From an uncultured Candidatus Saccharibacteria bacterium (lineage in GTDB: Bacteria > Patescibacteriota > Minisyncoccia > Phycocordibacterales > UBA2100): 64,000 nt of DNA. A program made the position numbers and the translations under genes. The notes below the pieces were generated by a model. That model was not told the origin of the DNA. It made no database searches and was given only the letters and a program-made list of their open reading frames with translations. Of this stretch, positions 1-10,885 are shown piece after piece; within the stretch, counting starts at the first letter, position 1, and each line of letters opens with the position of its first letter. Where the stretch lies: the NCBI GenBank assembly GCA_964512835.1, contig CAZELA010000001.1, positions 489,372-553,371 on the forward strand. The letters run 5' to 3'.

Positions 1-341
1 GGAACAAAAACGGTGTACTTTGAGGTCGACTTGGGGCTGATAGTAGCGGCCACACCGGTCGAGCGGAAATATGCATTGAACGTTGAGCCGGTCGAGAGAC
101 CGCGAACGATGGTTGCGACGTCCTGATTTTTCTTAGCGGTGTCCTTCTTAACGGTCACTGTTCCCTTTGTGGTCGTGGTAACGGTGGGAGCGGACGTAGT
201 AGCGGTAGCCTCCTCGGTGGTCGTGCTTCCCATTTGCGAGAGGCCGCCGAGCGGTCGGTTGGCGGCAAGCCACCACAACACGAGCGCGGCAACGACGATA
301 AGTGATACGACACCTACCCAAATGCCTTTATTTTGATTCAT
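1..341 (-). CDS. hypothetical membrane-anchored Thr-rich protein, 3' end beyond window start (partial)
   Basis: ATG at 339-341 (minus strand) opens a stop-free frame to the window edge (MNQNKGIWVGVVSLIVVAALVLWW...). It has an N-terminal hydrophobic helix followed by a Thr/Ser-rich linker. It is absent from the ORF track only because no stop lies in the window. Confidence 0.4.
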   Translation of the reverse strand, partial: MNQNKGIWVGVVSLIVVAALVLWWLAANRPLGGLSQMGSTTTEEATATTSAPTVTTTTKGTVTVKKDTAKKNQDVATIVRGLSTGSTFNAYFRSTGVAATISPKSTSKYTVFV

Positions 342-397
342 AATTTCGAGATTAATCGTAAAAGTCCGATCCTACATCGGACTGTCGTGAAGACGAT

Positions 398-1282
398 TTA
401 ATTGTAGCGCTCTTTCATAAACGTCGCTATCAAACCCGCAGCGCGCTTTTCACCACCGTGAAAGCTATGAACAACGTTCGGTATAACCGTTACTTCTCCG
501 GTGTAGATGTGTTCGATGAACCAGTCGTGCAGTTCCGCCGCCGGTCTATCTGCGTATTCGTCATGCTCTGCGAGCACGACAAGTATCGGCACCTGTACCG
601 ACTTCAGCGCCTTGGGGACTTTGGTGTCACTCCAGTACGGAAATAGTTCCTCGCTGCCGTTTTGTGAGTACAGGCTCACGAATCGTTGCGCATCAATCAC
701 CGACGGCCACACGGATTCCGGGAGCAGATTGTGTTTCTTCTTTGCGGCAACAAGCTTCTGCGCCACGGCGAGCGCTTTGTTGATGACCGCATCCCCCACT
801 TCCTTTTTCATACCGGCGTAGTCGCTGATCGGCGCGAGCAAGATGATGCCGTTTATACCTGCGCTTTTTCGTTTATGTGCCCAATACACGGACTTTTGGC
901 AACCCGTCGAATGGCCCGCGAGAAATATCTCCTTCGCCCCGTGTTTTCGCGCGAATTGCACAGCCCCGTCGATATCATCGACGCAGTCCTCGAACACTTC
1001 GTGTACGGAGCCTGCGGTAAATGTGGTGTAGCCCTTTTTGGTCTTCGGAGCGTCTTTATACATCTTGCTGATAAGACCGTGTCCGCGGTTATTGAATGAA
1101 AGCACCGCTGTTTCTTCGTTGGTGAGTACCGCCGCGAATTCACTGGCGACGGCGTTTAGCATGTTGCCGCCGAGGCCGTGAACGAGGATAACGACACGCT
1201 TTGCTTTTTTGGGGCCATACCAGACACCGTTGAGCTTAACGAGTTTTGGAGTAAGGATCTGTGCGAGATGTACGGGTTGCAT
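398..1282 (-). CDS. alpha/beta hydrolase fold protein
   Basis: 294 aa with a GHSTG nucleophile-elbow motif, an HGLGG oxyanion region and a C-terminal His, typical of esterases and lipases. Confidence 0.7.
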   Translation of the reverse strand: MQPVHLAQILTPKLVKLNGVWYGPKKAKRVVILVHGLGGNMLNAVASEFAAVLTNEETAVLSFNNRGHGLISKMYKDAPKTKKGYTTFTAGSVHEVFEDCVDDIDGAVQFARKHGAKEIFLAGHSTGCQKSVYWAHKRKSAGINGIILLAPISDYAGMKKEVGDAVINKALAVAQKLVAAKKKHNLLPESVWPSVIDAQRFVSLYSQNGSEELFPYWSDTKVPKALKSVQVPILVVLAEHDEYADRPAAELHDWFIEHIYTGEVTVIPNVVHSFHGGEKRAAGLIATFMKERYN

Positions 1283-1356
1283 AGCACCACTTTTGCACGG
1301 ACCGCGGGTAATGCAAAACGGCTCCCTGTAGGAGCCGTCGTAGGTATCAGTCGAAT

Positions 1357-1974
1357 TTATTTGTTGATCGCGAGATTGTCGTCGATCGCGATGTTACGAG
1401 TTTCGAGGGCGAGCTTGAGTTCGTCCTGTGTTTTCGGCATGTTTTTCGTATCAATCTTGCCGACGATCTTGATCGTGACGTTTTTGCACATACCGAGCGC
1501 TTTTGCAGGGTTTCGCTTTTTGCCGTTCACGGACACAAGCTCTTTGTGATCCATCAAAATATCGATCGTGTTCGTGATACGCGGGTTCATCGCGTCACCG
1601 ATGACACGCAAACCGATCTGATCGTGTACGAACTGGCGACCGCAATTAACGTCGCGAGGGGTCGAGGTGGAGACAGGCACAACTTCGATAACCGTGCCGT
1701 ACGGCAATTCGTCGGCGAGATCACGTGAACGAGCCGCGATGATATCGGGGTTCGTGTAGGCGCCGATCGAAGTTCGATCCGGCGTCGAGTCCGTCTGACC
1801 GGGGAGCGCGTTGTACGCTGTCATCTTTACGGTCAGGGTCGGATATGTAGGCTCAGACGGCACTCCTTCTGAAGGGTCTATCCCGAGAGCCGAAGCTACC
1901 GGAACAAAACTCGACAAAAGAAAAGCGCCCGTCACGGCCGCTGTAACTGCTGTTGTCATGCGCTGCCAGGTCAC
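1357..1974 (-). CDS. secreted 3D-domain (MltA-like) cell-wall protein
   Basis: 205 aa with an N-terminal signal/TM segment; the segment MTAYNALPGQTDSTPDRTSIGAY...YGTVIEV resembles the 3D domain of YocH/MltA-type proteins. Confidence 0.5.
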   Translation of the reverse strand: MTWQRMTTAVTAAVTGAFLLSSFVPVASALGIDPSEGVPSEPTYPTLTVKMTAYNALPGQTDSTPDRTSIGAYTNPDIIAARSRDLADELPYGTVIEVVPVSTSTPRDVNCGRQFVHDQIGLRVIGDAMNPRITNTIDILMDHKELVSVNGKKRNPAKALGMCKNVTIKIVGKIDTKNMPKTQDELKLALETRNIAIDDNLAINK

Positions 1975-2107
1975 CCCAGCTCCAAAACAGTAGCATTAAT
2001 CAATGGTCGAGTCAATAGCAAAATATGGCTCTGTTGAGCCATATTTATGCCATTTTATTTGACTTCATGCGAAATTTCTTGTGAAATTAACACTTTTTTG
2101 AGCAAAA

Positions 2108-2132
2108 AAAGTTGGCGCCATCCTGGTCGGAT
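2108..2132. terminator. intrinsic terminator hairpin between two minus-strand genes
   Basis: ggcgccatcc-tggtc-ggatggcgcc, a 10-bp stem with an A-run on one side and a T-run on the other. On the minus strand it follows the SPFH gene stop. Confidence 0.55.
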
Positions 2133-2167
2133 GGCGCCTGTTTTGAAGGATCGTTCGGAGTTTCGGC

Positions 2168-3160
2168 CTATTTGCCGTCGACTGATGCCCGAATGGTGCT
2201 TTTCGGCGCGGTCGACTGACCTGCCGAGACCGCAACGGGCGTATTGCCGCCAAACGAGAGGACGCACCCCGACAAATTGACGCCGCAGACGCTACGAATG
2301 GCCTCGATGCGCTTCAGGTCGACGAACTGGTCGCCCGAAAGCCCCATCGCATTCACGTACGCCATGTCGGCGCCCGCGGTTGCGATTTCTGCGGCCTTTC
2401 GCTGGTTGGCCGCCTTTTCGCGCTCAACCTGCGTCTTCTGCTCCTGCGCCTGCTCGGCGGTCCGTTCGATCGATTGCCGGACGCCCGGAGGCGGATTGGC
2501 ACGACCAAGCGCGATGTTGGTCACCTTGACCATGCCGGCACCCCGCTCTTCGAGGAACTTGTTGATGTAGTTCGTCGTCGCTTCCTCGACCTTCTTGGCG
2601 CCGTCGGACGCGAGACCGTTCTCGTCCTGCGCGTTGACGAAGACTGCGCTGTGATGGTGTCGGATCTGATCACGCAGAAACGACATGAATTCGCCGGCCG
2701 CACCGGTCTTCTTCTCGGAATTCTGCAGCACGAGGGTCTTGAACGTCTCGATGTGATTGCCGCCGAATTTGCGGTACATCTCGGGAGCCTTCGCAGTCTC
2801 GCCGAGCTGCAGTGTGATCGACACGTCGAAATCGAGCGGCACGCGATCCTTCGACATGAAGTCGTCGGCATGCACCACGATCGATTCCGGCGAGATCTTG
2901 AGCCGTTCGAGAGCGGTCGTCGGAGCCATGTAGGCGCGCGACGGTCCGATCACGATCTCATCGGGCACACCGCCCTTGCCGAAGATCATCGGTCGGACGG
3001 AATAGACCCCGATCTCACCCTTGTCGACGCTCGCCATGTTGAACAGTGCGAGCGCTCCGACGATCACGCCGAAGCATGCGGTGGCACCGATTGCGAATCC
3101 GGTCCCCCATGCAAACCCGCGGGCGGGCGATGCACGATAGCCTTCGTTTGCGTAGCTCAT
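2168..3160 (-). CDS. SPFH/band-7 (stomatin/prohibitin-like) domain membrane protein
   Basis: 330 aa with an N-terminal TM, a central SPFH-like segment and a coiled-coil EQAQEQKTQVEREKAANQRKAAEIA tail. Confidence 0.7.
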   Translation of the reverse strand: MSYANEGYRASPARGFAWGTGFAIGATACFGVIVGALALFNMASVDKGEIGVYSVRPMIFGKGGVPDEIVIGPSRAYMAPTTALERLKISPESIVVHADDFMSKDRVPLDFDVSITLQLGETAKAPEMYRKFGGNHIETFKTLVLQNSEKKTGAAGEFMSFLRDQIRHHHSAVFVNAQDENGLASDGAKKVEEATTNYINKFLEERGAGMVKVTNIALGRANPPPGVRQSIERTAEQAQEQKTQVEREKAANQRKAAEIATAGADMAYVNAMGLSGDQFVDLKRIEAIRSVCGVNLSGCVLSFGGNTPVAVSAGQSTAPKSTIRASVDGK

Positions 3161-3294
3161 GCGAGCTTCTCTCCTTATGCCGTAGGGCTATCCCCTACAG
3201 AACCGGTCAGACTATGACTCGTTTTTACCATCTCGTCAAACAAAAAACCGACCATTTCCGGTCGGTTTTTTGGGTACCGTGTAGAAGAGACTGT

Positions 3295-4599
<1,305 letters not shown>

Positions 4600-4635
4600 T
4601 TATTGTATTTTATTGAAAGCTTTGGAGGAGAAAAA

Positions 4636-5427
4636 ATGTTGTATGTGACCGCATCGATCCTGTGCATGTTGCTCGCCGTCGCCATCCATGAACTTGGCCA
4701 CTACGGAGCCATGCGCGAAGTCGGCATTCGGGTGAGGGATGTTTCCTTGATCGGATTTCCGATCCCTCGCCTCCCGAACCTACGACTTTCGTGGACCAGG
4801 GGTGAGACCGCGTGGCACATCCATCCGATTCCCATCGGTGGATTTGTCCGCGCGCACGATTTTGATCCCGGTCGCATGCGTGCCCGGGACACGATCTATG
4901 TGATCGCGGCAGGCCCGATTGCAAACCTTGCAGCGGCCGCGATTGCGTGGTTTCTGCGCTCCGCGTATCTCGCTACTGTCGACGGACTATTCGAGCGGAG
5001 CGTCATTACCATGGTGATCACGGGCGGCATCGTTGCTGCTCTCTGGGTTCTGCGAAAGCGGGTCGGGTTTGTCCTGCCTCTCTTGGGCCTCGTCGCATTG
5101 GTCATGATCATGCAGGCATTGTTCGGCACTCCGACACCGGAGAACGTGAACAGTCCGCGCAGCGTGGTGTACATGCCGGACGGCGTGTACGAAGTCATGC
5201 AGGTGTTCAAGCTTTTTCTCATCTGGAACATCGCGGTCGGCCTATTCAACTTGATGCCGCTGGGATTTCTGGACGGCGGAAAGATCATTCAGTACTCGCT
5301 CATATACGGCGGGTGGCAGAAGTCGGCAGCCTGGTTTGAGTGGGCGACGGTCCCGCTTGTCGTACTACTCATTCTCATTTTGATGGGCAACGACATCTAC
5401 AAGGCATTCATCTCGTTCTTCAGCTAG
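4636..5427 (+). CDS. M50 family site-2-protease-like metalloprotease (no PDZ)
   Basis: HELGH zinc motif in TM1 and LMPLGFLDGG near the C-terminus. Start chosen at 4636 because GGAGGAG lies 5 nt upstream; the track ORF begins at 4594. Confidence 0.7.
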   Translation: MLYVTASILCMLLAVAIHELGHYGAMREVGIRVRDVSLIGFPIPRLPNLRLSWTRGETAWHIHPIPIGGFVRAHDFDPGRMRARDTIYVIAAGPIANLAAAAIAWFLRSAYLATVDGLFERSVITMVITGGIVAALWVLRKRVGFVLPLLGLVALVMIMQALFGTPTPENVNSPRSVVYMPDGVYEVMQVFKLFLIWNIAVGLFNLMPLGFLDGGKIIQYSLIYGGWQKSAAWFEWATVPLVVLLILILMGNDIYKAFISFFS

Positions 5428-5478
5428 CACGCGCAAAAGTCGCCGCAGGGTTCCCCTGCGGCGTCTGTTTTTATGGAT

Positions 5479-5895
5479 TTAGCGTTCGCGAATCTTGAAT
5501 TTGGTGATGGTGTATCCCCTGCTGTCTGAACCAGAGTAGGCAAAATCAGCAACGTAGTTCATGTGGCCGTCGTCGTATCGCACGACGCCTTTGCCGCCCG
5601 AGAACTGCACATCGCGCACCTGGAACTTGCCGCCGAGCGTTTCCTGCACCGGCGAGAGTTCTGAAATATGAATATTCATATACGTAGGCAGGTCCATCAC
5701 GCGATTCTTGTAGGCTTCTTCCTGACGCGCTTCATCCTGCGAAATCTCGGGCTGGAGTCCGGGCCCCGCATACGAGCTGTCGTTGTACGTATACGTAAAG
5801 ATCGCGGCACACGACAATAGTACGAGCGCTATAAATACAACAGGTCCTCGTGTCATACGAATATTGTACACCCCGCGTGGCTGTTGGAATGACAA
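5479..5895 (-). CDS. hypothetical exported protein
   Basis: 138 aa with an N-terminal hydrophobic segment (VVFIALVLLSCAAIF). No recognisable domain; start uncertain (alternative Met about 5856). Confidence 0.4.
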   Translation of the reverse strand: MSFQQPRGVYNIRMTRGPVVFIALVLLSCAAIFTYTYNDSSYAGPGLQPEISQDEARQEEAYKNRVMDLPTYMNIHISELSPVQETLGGKFQVRDVQFSGGKGVVRYDDGHMNYVADFAYSGSDSRGYTITKFKIRER

Positions 5896-5949
5896 ATCCC
5901 GGTAAACGCGGCACTATGGCCGGGGTGCGACAACAGAAGGATCTGGGCA

Positions 5950-6435
5950 ATGGCGAAACGGCCGAAGGCAGTGAACGTGTCGAGTAACTCCGAGGACTGG
6001 CGCGAAGCCGCGCTCAGTACATTCGTGCTGTGCATTTTTTCGGTCGATGGCGTGATTGCGCACTCGGCCGAAGGCATGATCCAGGCGATCAAGCTCGAAG
6101 AAACCGATTCCAAGCGCGACATGGCACTGCGTGCGCACGGCTATATCGCGAAGACCTACGGAAAATTCGCAAAGAAAAAATATATCTGGTGGAAAGGCAA
6201 ACAATATCCGTTCAATTCGCCGTTCCACGCTGCGCTACTCGAACGGATCATTCGCGCGCGGTTCATCGCCGACGGCAAGGCACGCGAAGCGCTGCTCGCT
6301 ACCGGCAATGCGACGATCACGCACAATGTGGGCGACACGCCGAAGAAGGTTTCGATGCGGCGTCGTGCATTCTGCAGACTGCTGATGCGTATCCGCACCG
6401 AGCTCCGGCGTACGGGCACCGTGCATCCCGGTTGA
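5950..6435 (+). CDS. hypothetical protein
   Basis: 161-aa ORF on the opposite strand to its neighbours, with normal amino-acid composition and no recognised motif. Confidence 0.35.
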   Translation: MAKRPKAVNVSSNSEDWREAALSTFVLCIFSVDGVIAHSAEGMIQAIKLEETDSKRDMALRAHGYIAKTYGKFAKKKYIWWKGKQYPFNSPFHAALLERIIRARFIADGKAREALLATGNATITHNVGDTPKKVSMRRRAFCRLLMRIRTELRRTGTVHPG

Positions 6436-6510
6436 TGTACAACGCAATAGAAAAGGCCGCGAGCGATCGCGGCCTTTGTTGTTGGGAAGATCATTCGGTA
6501 GGTCGGGCGT

Positions 6511-7404
6511 CTAGCCTTTGCCGCCGATGCCGAGCATGAGGGCCATATCATCGACCTGGAGGCTCGAGATCATGTACGCCGGCACGCCGCTCACGATCGA
6601 GTCGGAGCTGTGACTTGCGTAGTCGGTGGTGTGCTGCTCGACGGAGCCATTGCCCTGCTGCGACCACTCATCGTGGATCGCGACCGAGCTTCCGCGTGAG
6701 ACGCCGTAGCCGCCGAACAGGTCGGCATAGACCGTCTGCGAACCGGTGCGCACATCGGTGTGCAGCGAATCGAACGCGTAGTTGCCGATCTGCACATGCG
6801 AGGAGTCGATGACGGCGTCGCGGAACGCGAAGCTGTCGAGATGTTCGAACACCGTTGCCACATGGACGCCGGCGCCTTCGTGGATCTCGATGTGCGAGTT
6901 GTCGATGCCGAGCGCACCGATCTGCACATGCGAGTTCTGGCTCTCGACATTGCGGAACGCGAACTGATCCGACGAACCCCAGATGGAATCCGTGTGGATG
7001 CCCGCCGACTCGCTCGACCAGTAGTGGCCGGACGAGACGTTGTAACCCGGTGCCGAAAACCACGAGCCGTATCCGGAGTTCGACGAGACATGATACATGC
7101 TCGTGTGTCCGAAGATCGAGTAGTAGTCGACGGTGTCGATCGAGAAGTTCGAGAAGGTGTAGTCGCCCCACGCAAACGGACCGTTCGCAGCGGAGTTGCC
7201 GGTGTAGTAGCTCACATCGTAGTGATGGTGCTGCTCCACGATCGGCCAGAAATACACGAACGACACGGGCGGCGAATTCGGAGCCGGCAGAACACTGCTC
7301 TGCATCGGACCCACATTGCCACCGTCGCTCAGGAACCCCATACCGGGGCCGTAGCCGAACATGTCGTCCACGGTCCACAGGCCGAACTTACTTCCGTAGT
7401 TCAT
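6511..7404 (-). CDS. orphan low-complexity repeat protein (H/S/Y/G/D-rich)
   Basis: Start MNYGSKFGLWTV at 7404 is preceded by AGGGAG 7 nt upstream. There are internal approximately 30-aa repeats FAFR(N/D)..SHVQIG mirrored in the DNA (about 6780-6960). Alternative frames on both strands here are Arg-rich high-GC artefacts. Confidence 0.5.
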   Translation of the reverse strand: MNYGSKFGLWTVDDMFGYGPGMGFLSDGGNVGPMQSSVLPAPNSPPVSFVYFWPIVEQHHHYDVSYYTGNSAANGPFAWGDYTFSNFSIDTVDYYSIFGHTSMYHVSSNSGYGSWFSAPGYNVSSGHYWSSESAGIHTDSIWGSSDQFAFRNVESQNSHVQIGALGIDNSHIEIHEGAGVHVATVFEHLDSFAFRDAVIDSSHVQIGNYAFDSLHTDVRTGSQTVYADLFGGYGVSRGSSVAIHDEWSQQGNGSVEQHTTDYASHSSDSIVSGVPAYMISSLQVDDMALMLGIGGKG

Positions 7405-7454
7405 TCCACACTCCCTGTTTCTGTATGAACGCCCCCAAATAGGCGCTACCGCAC

Positions 7455-7483
7455 ACGATATCACATTTCGACACACTTGTCAA
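7455..7483 (-). promoter_or_regulatory. sigma70-like promoter for the repeat-protein gene
   Basis: Minus strand reads TTGACA-17 nt-TATCGT, with a second TTGACA immediately upstream. This places the transcription start about 45 nt upstream of the 7404 start codon. Confidence 0.45.
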
Positions 7484-7635
7484 ATGTGTCAAGTCTCAAA
7501 TATGGCTCTGCTTGGCGCTCGAATTACGCTTTGCGCGGGCAACGCGACAGCGTTTCCGCCACTCTAAATGGGTGCTCATGCGGCGACTACAGCACCTCGC
7601 GTGTCGAGCGCGATTTTGAGCACAGAAAATGCTCG

Positions 7636-8466
7636 TCAGTCGTGATCAAGGCTGTCATTGTATCGTCGCGGTCGCGGATTCTTACGGTAATTCAATGGCT
7701 GCGCGACACTAAAGTATTCAGCGGATCCGGTAGAGTCCCCTGCGCCGGGCTCCCAGCGACTCGCCGCTTCGGCGCTTGTGCCGTACATTTTTTCGGTTTC
7801 CGCTCGAGCGTTTGCATAGAGCGCTCGCTGCACCGCGGGCATATTGGCCGCACGACGCGCACGCTCGAGCAGCTCTGCATTCACTTGTTTTGTAGCAGTC
7901 ATGATTTCCATGCCGCCTTTGTACAGCGCATATATCGCGTCGTTTTTTTCGGCTTCGTATATATCAGTCAGAACACGCTCGAGCTTCTTTTCTCTGTGGC
8001 GGCGGAGTTCTGCATCCTGCTCTTTTTCGGAGTAATACAACATATTCATCAGCCGTTCACTCAGTGCTTGGAGTTCTGCAATTTCTTTCCGTCGTCCTTC
8101 GCTCACAGGTAATAAGTACTTCGTGATTCCTGCAGCATTAATATCAGCCGACTCGCGCACTTTTTTCATCTCTTGCTGACGACGGACATTTCGTTCGGCA
8201 ATCTCGCGCAACTGAGCGGCTGTCATGCCTGCGCGTGCCGCGACCTCGTCGAGATGCTCGGGCGCAAGCTTGATGATCTGCTCCATCGGGATAGACGGGA
8301 GGAGTTGTTCACCCTTAGGAGATTTGCGGTGCGGGAGTTTTTCCACACTCAAAGTGTAACGCACATCACGAGCGTAGTTTGTGCACCCTGTTGATGCGGC
8401 ACCGCTAACCAAAGATATACAGCGCAATCGCGGCAGCCGAGAACCAGCTAAACACTGATATGGCAC
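7636..8466 (-). CDS. hypothetical alpha-helical protein
   Basis: 276-aa ORF rich in charged residues, suggesting a coiled-coil. Start uncertain (internal MEQIIKLAPEHL at about 8286 is possible). Confidence 0.4.
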   Translation of the reverse strand: MPYQCLAGSRLPRLRCISLVSGAASTGCTNYARDVRYTLSVEKLPHRKSPKGEQLLPSIPMEQIIKLAPEHLDEVAARAGMTAAQLREIAERNVRRQQEMKKVRESADINAAGITKYLLPVSEGRRKEIAELQALSERLMNMLYYSEKEQDAELRRHREKKLERVLTDIYEAEKNDAIYALYKGGMEIMTATKQVNAELLERARRAANMPAVQRALYANARAETEKMYGTSAEAASRWEPGAGDSTGSAEYFSVAQPLNYRKNPRPRRYNDSLDHD

Positions 8467-8818
8467 CGCTCACAAACAACGCCTGCTTTTCGCTCGTACC
8501 AAGTGCCGCATAGGGGCGCTCCATCGCATGATCCATGAGACGCCCGATGAGTAGCGCATTGAGCGCGAGAATCATAACGAACAGCATTTTGATATCGAAC
8601 AAAAGGTTCCCCAGCAAAAACGCGCGCTGCGGGTAAAACAAGATGAACCCGGTGATCACGAGCGACGCGAGGCCTGCCCAGATCATCAGGTGGTAGGTGC
8701 GCAGTGTTGTGTGATCGAGCGTGGTTTTGGTGCCGCGAAGCCACGAGAGCGCGTCTTTGTCGGCAATCGCCGATACGCCAAGCACAAACCCAAATGACAG
8801 TATGTGAAGCGGCACCAT
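8405..8818 (-). CDS. hypothetical integral membrane protein
   Basis: 137 aa with about 4 predicted TM helices. It overlaps the N-terminal extension of the preceding ORF, which argues for the internal start of 7636..8466. Confidence 0.45.
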   Translation of the reverse strand: MVPLHILSFGFVLGVSAIADKDALSWLRGTKTTLDHTTLRTYHLMIWAGLASLVITGFILFYPQRAFLLGNLLFDIKMLFVMILALNALLIGRLMDHAMERPYAALGTSEKQALFVSGAISVFSWFSAAAIALYIFG

Positions 8819-8822
8819 AGCA

Positions 8823-9446
8823 TTAATTACTGAGTACGCCGATCTTCAAACTCGCGAGCTCGTTGGCCGGCCGCCTGCTTGATCCGTGCTGACCCATGTA
8901 TGCGCTCGTACCGTCGACACCACAGAGCGATGTGATTGCTGCAGCCCCTCCGGGGTGACGCGAAACGAACGAGGTTAGATCGTACACATTGCCGTTGATC
9001 GCGGAGTAGCAGCTTGCCGCAGTATTGTGCGAAGCAATTTGAGCCATGGTGAATGTGCCGGCGGCTGGCGTAGGCGCGGTAGGCGTAGTGGGTGCCGGGT
9101 TTGTCGTGGCGGGCTTCGTCGTAACAGCTGCAGGTGCCCCGCGAGCATCATCGTCGTCGTCATCGTCGCCTTCGTCATCGTTGTCGCCATCGCTATCGCC
9201 CGAGTACGCGGCGCGCACCTTTGCGGCAGCCTGCGACACACCGGCTGAAACCGTGTTTTCCTGCGACACAGCGGTATCGAGCGACGTTGCGGGTGCACCG
9301 GAGACGCCTGCCACATCAGAAACCGCCGACTGCTCGCTTGCAGCCGCGTAATCACCCCCATGCGCCTGATATTTCACCTCGGCAAAACCCAAGCCGACGA
9401 TGGCAAGCATGAGTAATCCGATTGTTCCAAAAAGTATGTTGTTCAT
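8823..9446 (-). CDS. membrane-anchored cytochrome b5-like heme-binding domain protein
   Basis: TM anchor, acidic DDEGDDDDDDD stretch and Pro/Thr linker. The C-terminal FTMAQIASHNTAASCYSAINGNVYDLTSFVSRHPGG fits the cyt-b5 fold signature. Confidence 0.55.
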   Translation of the reverse strand: MNNILFGTIGLLMLAIVGLGFAEVKYQAHGGDYAAASEQSAVSDVAGVSGAPATSLDTAVSQENTVSAGVSQAAAKVRAAYSGDSDGDNDDEGDDDDDDDARGAPAAVTTKPATTNPAPTTPTAPTPAAGTFTMAQIASHNTAASCYSAINGNVYDLTSFVSRHPGGAAAITSLCGVDGTSAYMGQHGSSRRPANELASLKIGVLSN

Positions 9447-9543
9447 ATGAAGAGGACGCATCACGATGCCCCGCATTACCGCCCTTCGAGGGGCGAGATG
9501 GGAGTGCGTCGCTGACTACTGTAGTACACGCGCGAATCGCTAT

Positions 9544-10149
9544 TTATTTCATTGACCGGATTCGCTGGGCCCTGTTGATGTGGTAGCGCTTCCACCATCG
9601 AAACGGGTGCGGCAACCCGATCTGCATGCAGCTGCGGTTTATAAACATGATGATCGGAGACAATCGACGTGAAATCGCACCGGAACTGTATGGTGCTTCG
9701 CGGAGCATCTGCACCCACTCGGGCGACAAGTCGTGTTCGATCGCGCCGTCGATGAGCAGGTTCATATAGCGAAGCGACGGGTGCAGCCCGTGCGATACGT
9801 TTTTTGTGGCAAAGGTGTGTGCGAGAATCGGCCCGCTTACATCGGCTTCGACGTTTGAGGTAACGATATCGTACGCACCGTTACCCTCTGAAATATCGAG
9901 TAGTCGCATTTCTTCGCCGGTGATCTCGTAGACGACCCCTTCTATATAGTGACCGGGTGCCTCTTCGATATTGGCAAACGATGGTTCGAGCCACGGTATA
10001 CCGGGCTGATTAAATACCAGCTTGTAGTCCTTGAGCACAGCGCGCTCGATCTTTGTCGGGCGCATCTTGCGACGCCCCTGAAATACGGTCGAGTTCATAT
10101 TGCTCCCGTAGCCGAAATACCAGAGCTTTTCTGTCTTGGAAAATTCTCG
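9544..10149 (-). CDS. gamma-glutamylcyclotransferase (AIG2/GGCT-like) family protein
   Basis: N-terminal YFGYGSNM motif with a catalytic Glu context; about 200 aa. Confidence 0.65.
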   Translation of the reverse strand, partial: REFSKTEKLWYFGYGSNMNSTVFQGRRKMRPTKIERAVLKDYKLVFNQPGIPWLEPSFANIEEAPGHYIEGVVYEITGEEMRLLDISEGNGAYDIVTSNVEADVSGPILAHTFATKNVSHGLHPSLRYMNLLIDGAIEHDLSPEWVQMLREAPYSSGAISRRLSPIIMFINRSCMQIGLPHPFRWWKRYHINRAQRIRSMK

Positions 10150-10194
10150 TCTCATCGGTCTTTTATACCATCTGCACAAACGCAGGATGTGTGA

Positions 10195-10734
10195 CTAAGC
10201 GGTCTTCTTTTTCGGGTAGCCCTTTTTCTCCTTTTTGGGCTTTGCCGCAGCGACCGGCGTTTCTTCGGCAACGGCTGCATGCACCGCTGTAGCGAGTGCC
10301 GCCTTTTGCGCAGTCGCTTCAATAGCATTGATCAGACGATCAAGTTTGGTGTTGAGGATGTCGAGCTGCTTCAAGATCGGTGCGTTGTCACTCTTGGGGA
10401 ATTCGGCACGGGTAACCGGGGCGCTTCCGTATTCGCGCTTTTGGAAGCGATCGCCGGCGCGACCCTGTGAACGAGTGTCGTCGGTCTTTACGAAGCAGTT
10501 GCGGCAAAATACCGGCTTGCCGTTGACCGGACGAAACGGTACCTCGCATGCGTCTCCGCACTTGCTGCAGGTGGCTTTGTAGAACGTGGTGGAGCGTTCG
10601 CTGCTCTCAGATCTGCGATCCGACCAATTACCCTTGCCCTTATTGGCGTAGCCCGGCTTTCCGCCAAACGACGCCTTGTGACCCCCTCCGTTAAATCGCT
10701 TGGGCCCGCCCGAGCTTCGCTTGAAATCTGCCAT
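10195..10734 (-). CDS. zinc-ribbon protein with Gly/Lys-rich disordered N-terminus
   Basis: CSKCGDAC...19 residues...CRNC, a four-Cys ribbon, with a coiled-coil C-terminus. Start taken at MADFKRSSGG. Confidence 0.5.
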   Translation of the reverse strand: MADFKRSSGGPKRFNGGGHKASFGGKPGYANKGKGNWSDRRSESSERSTTFYKATCSKCGDACEVPFRPVNGKPVFCRNCFVKTDDTRSQGRAGDRFQKREYGSAPVTRAEFPKSDNAPILKQLDILNTKLDRLINAIEATAQKAALATAVHAAVAEETPVAAAKPKKEKKGYPKKKTA

Positions 10735-10885
10735 ATGCGGGGAGTCTGCCACACTATTGACAGAATAGCTAGTAAATTGCGAAATTGTCGCGTTTACCCT
10801 TTTGCGGACCGCCTGCGCCACACATTGCACGTCGCACTGCACCGTGTAGAGTTCCAGCGGAAAACCACAGCGAGGAGTCGGCCCG

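Noticed and set aside
2019-2032. 14-mer caaatatggctctg shared upstream of two minus-strand genes (2019..2032 and 7497..7510)
   Set aside because: On the order of ten identical 14-mer pairs are expected by chance in 64 kb on two strands, so there is no support for a shared regulatory motif.
6591-7442. Four long overlapping ORFs on both strands (6591..7175-, 6668..7378-, 6760..7428+, 6855..7442+)
   Set aside because: They are Arg/Pro/Ser/Cys-rich translations typical of off-frame high-GC DNA. Only the 6511..7404 minus frame has a ribosome-binding site, a promoter and non-artefactual composition.
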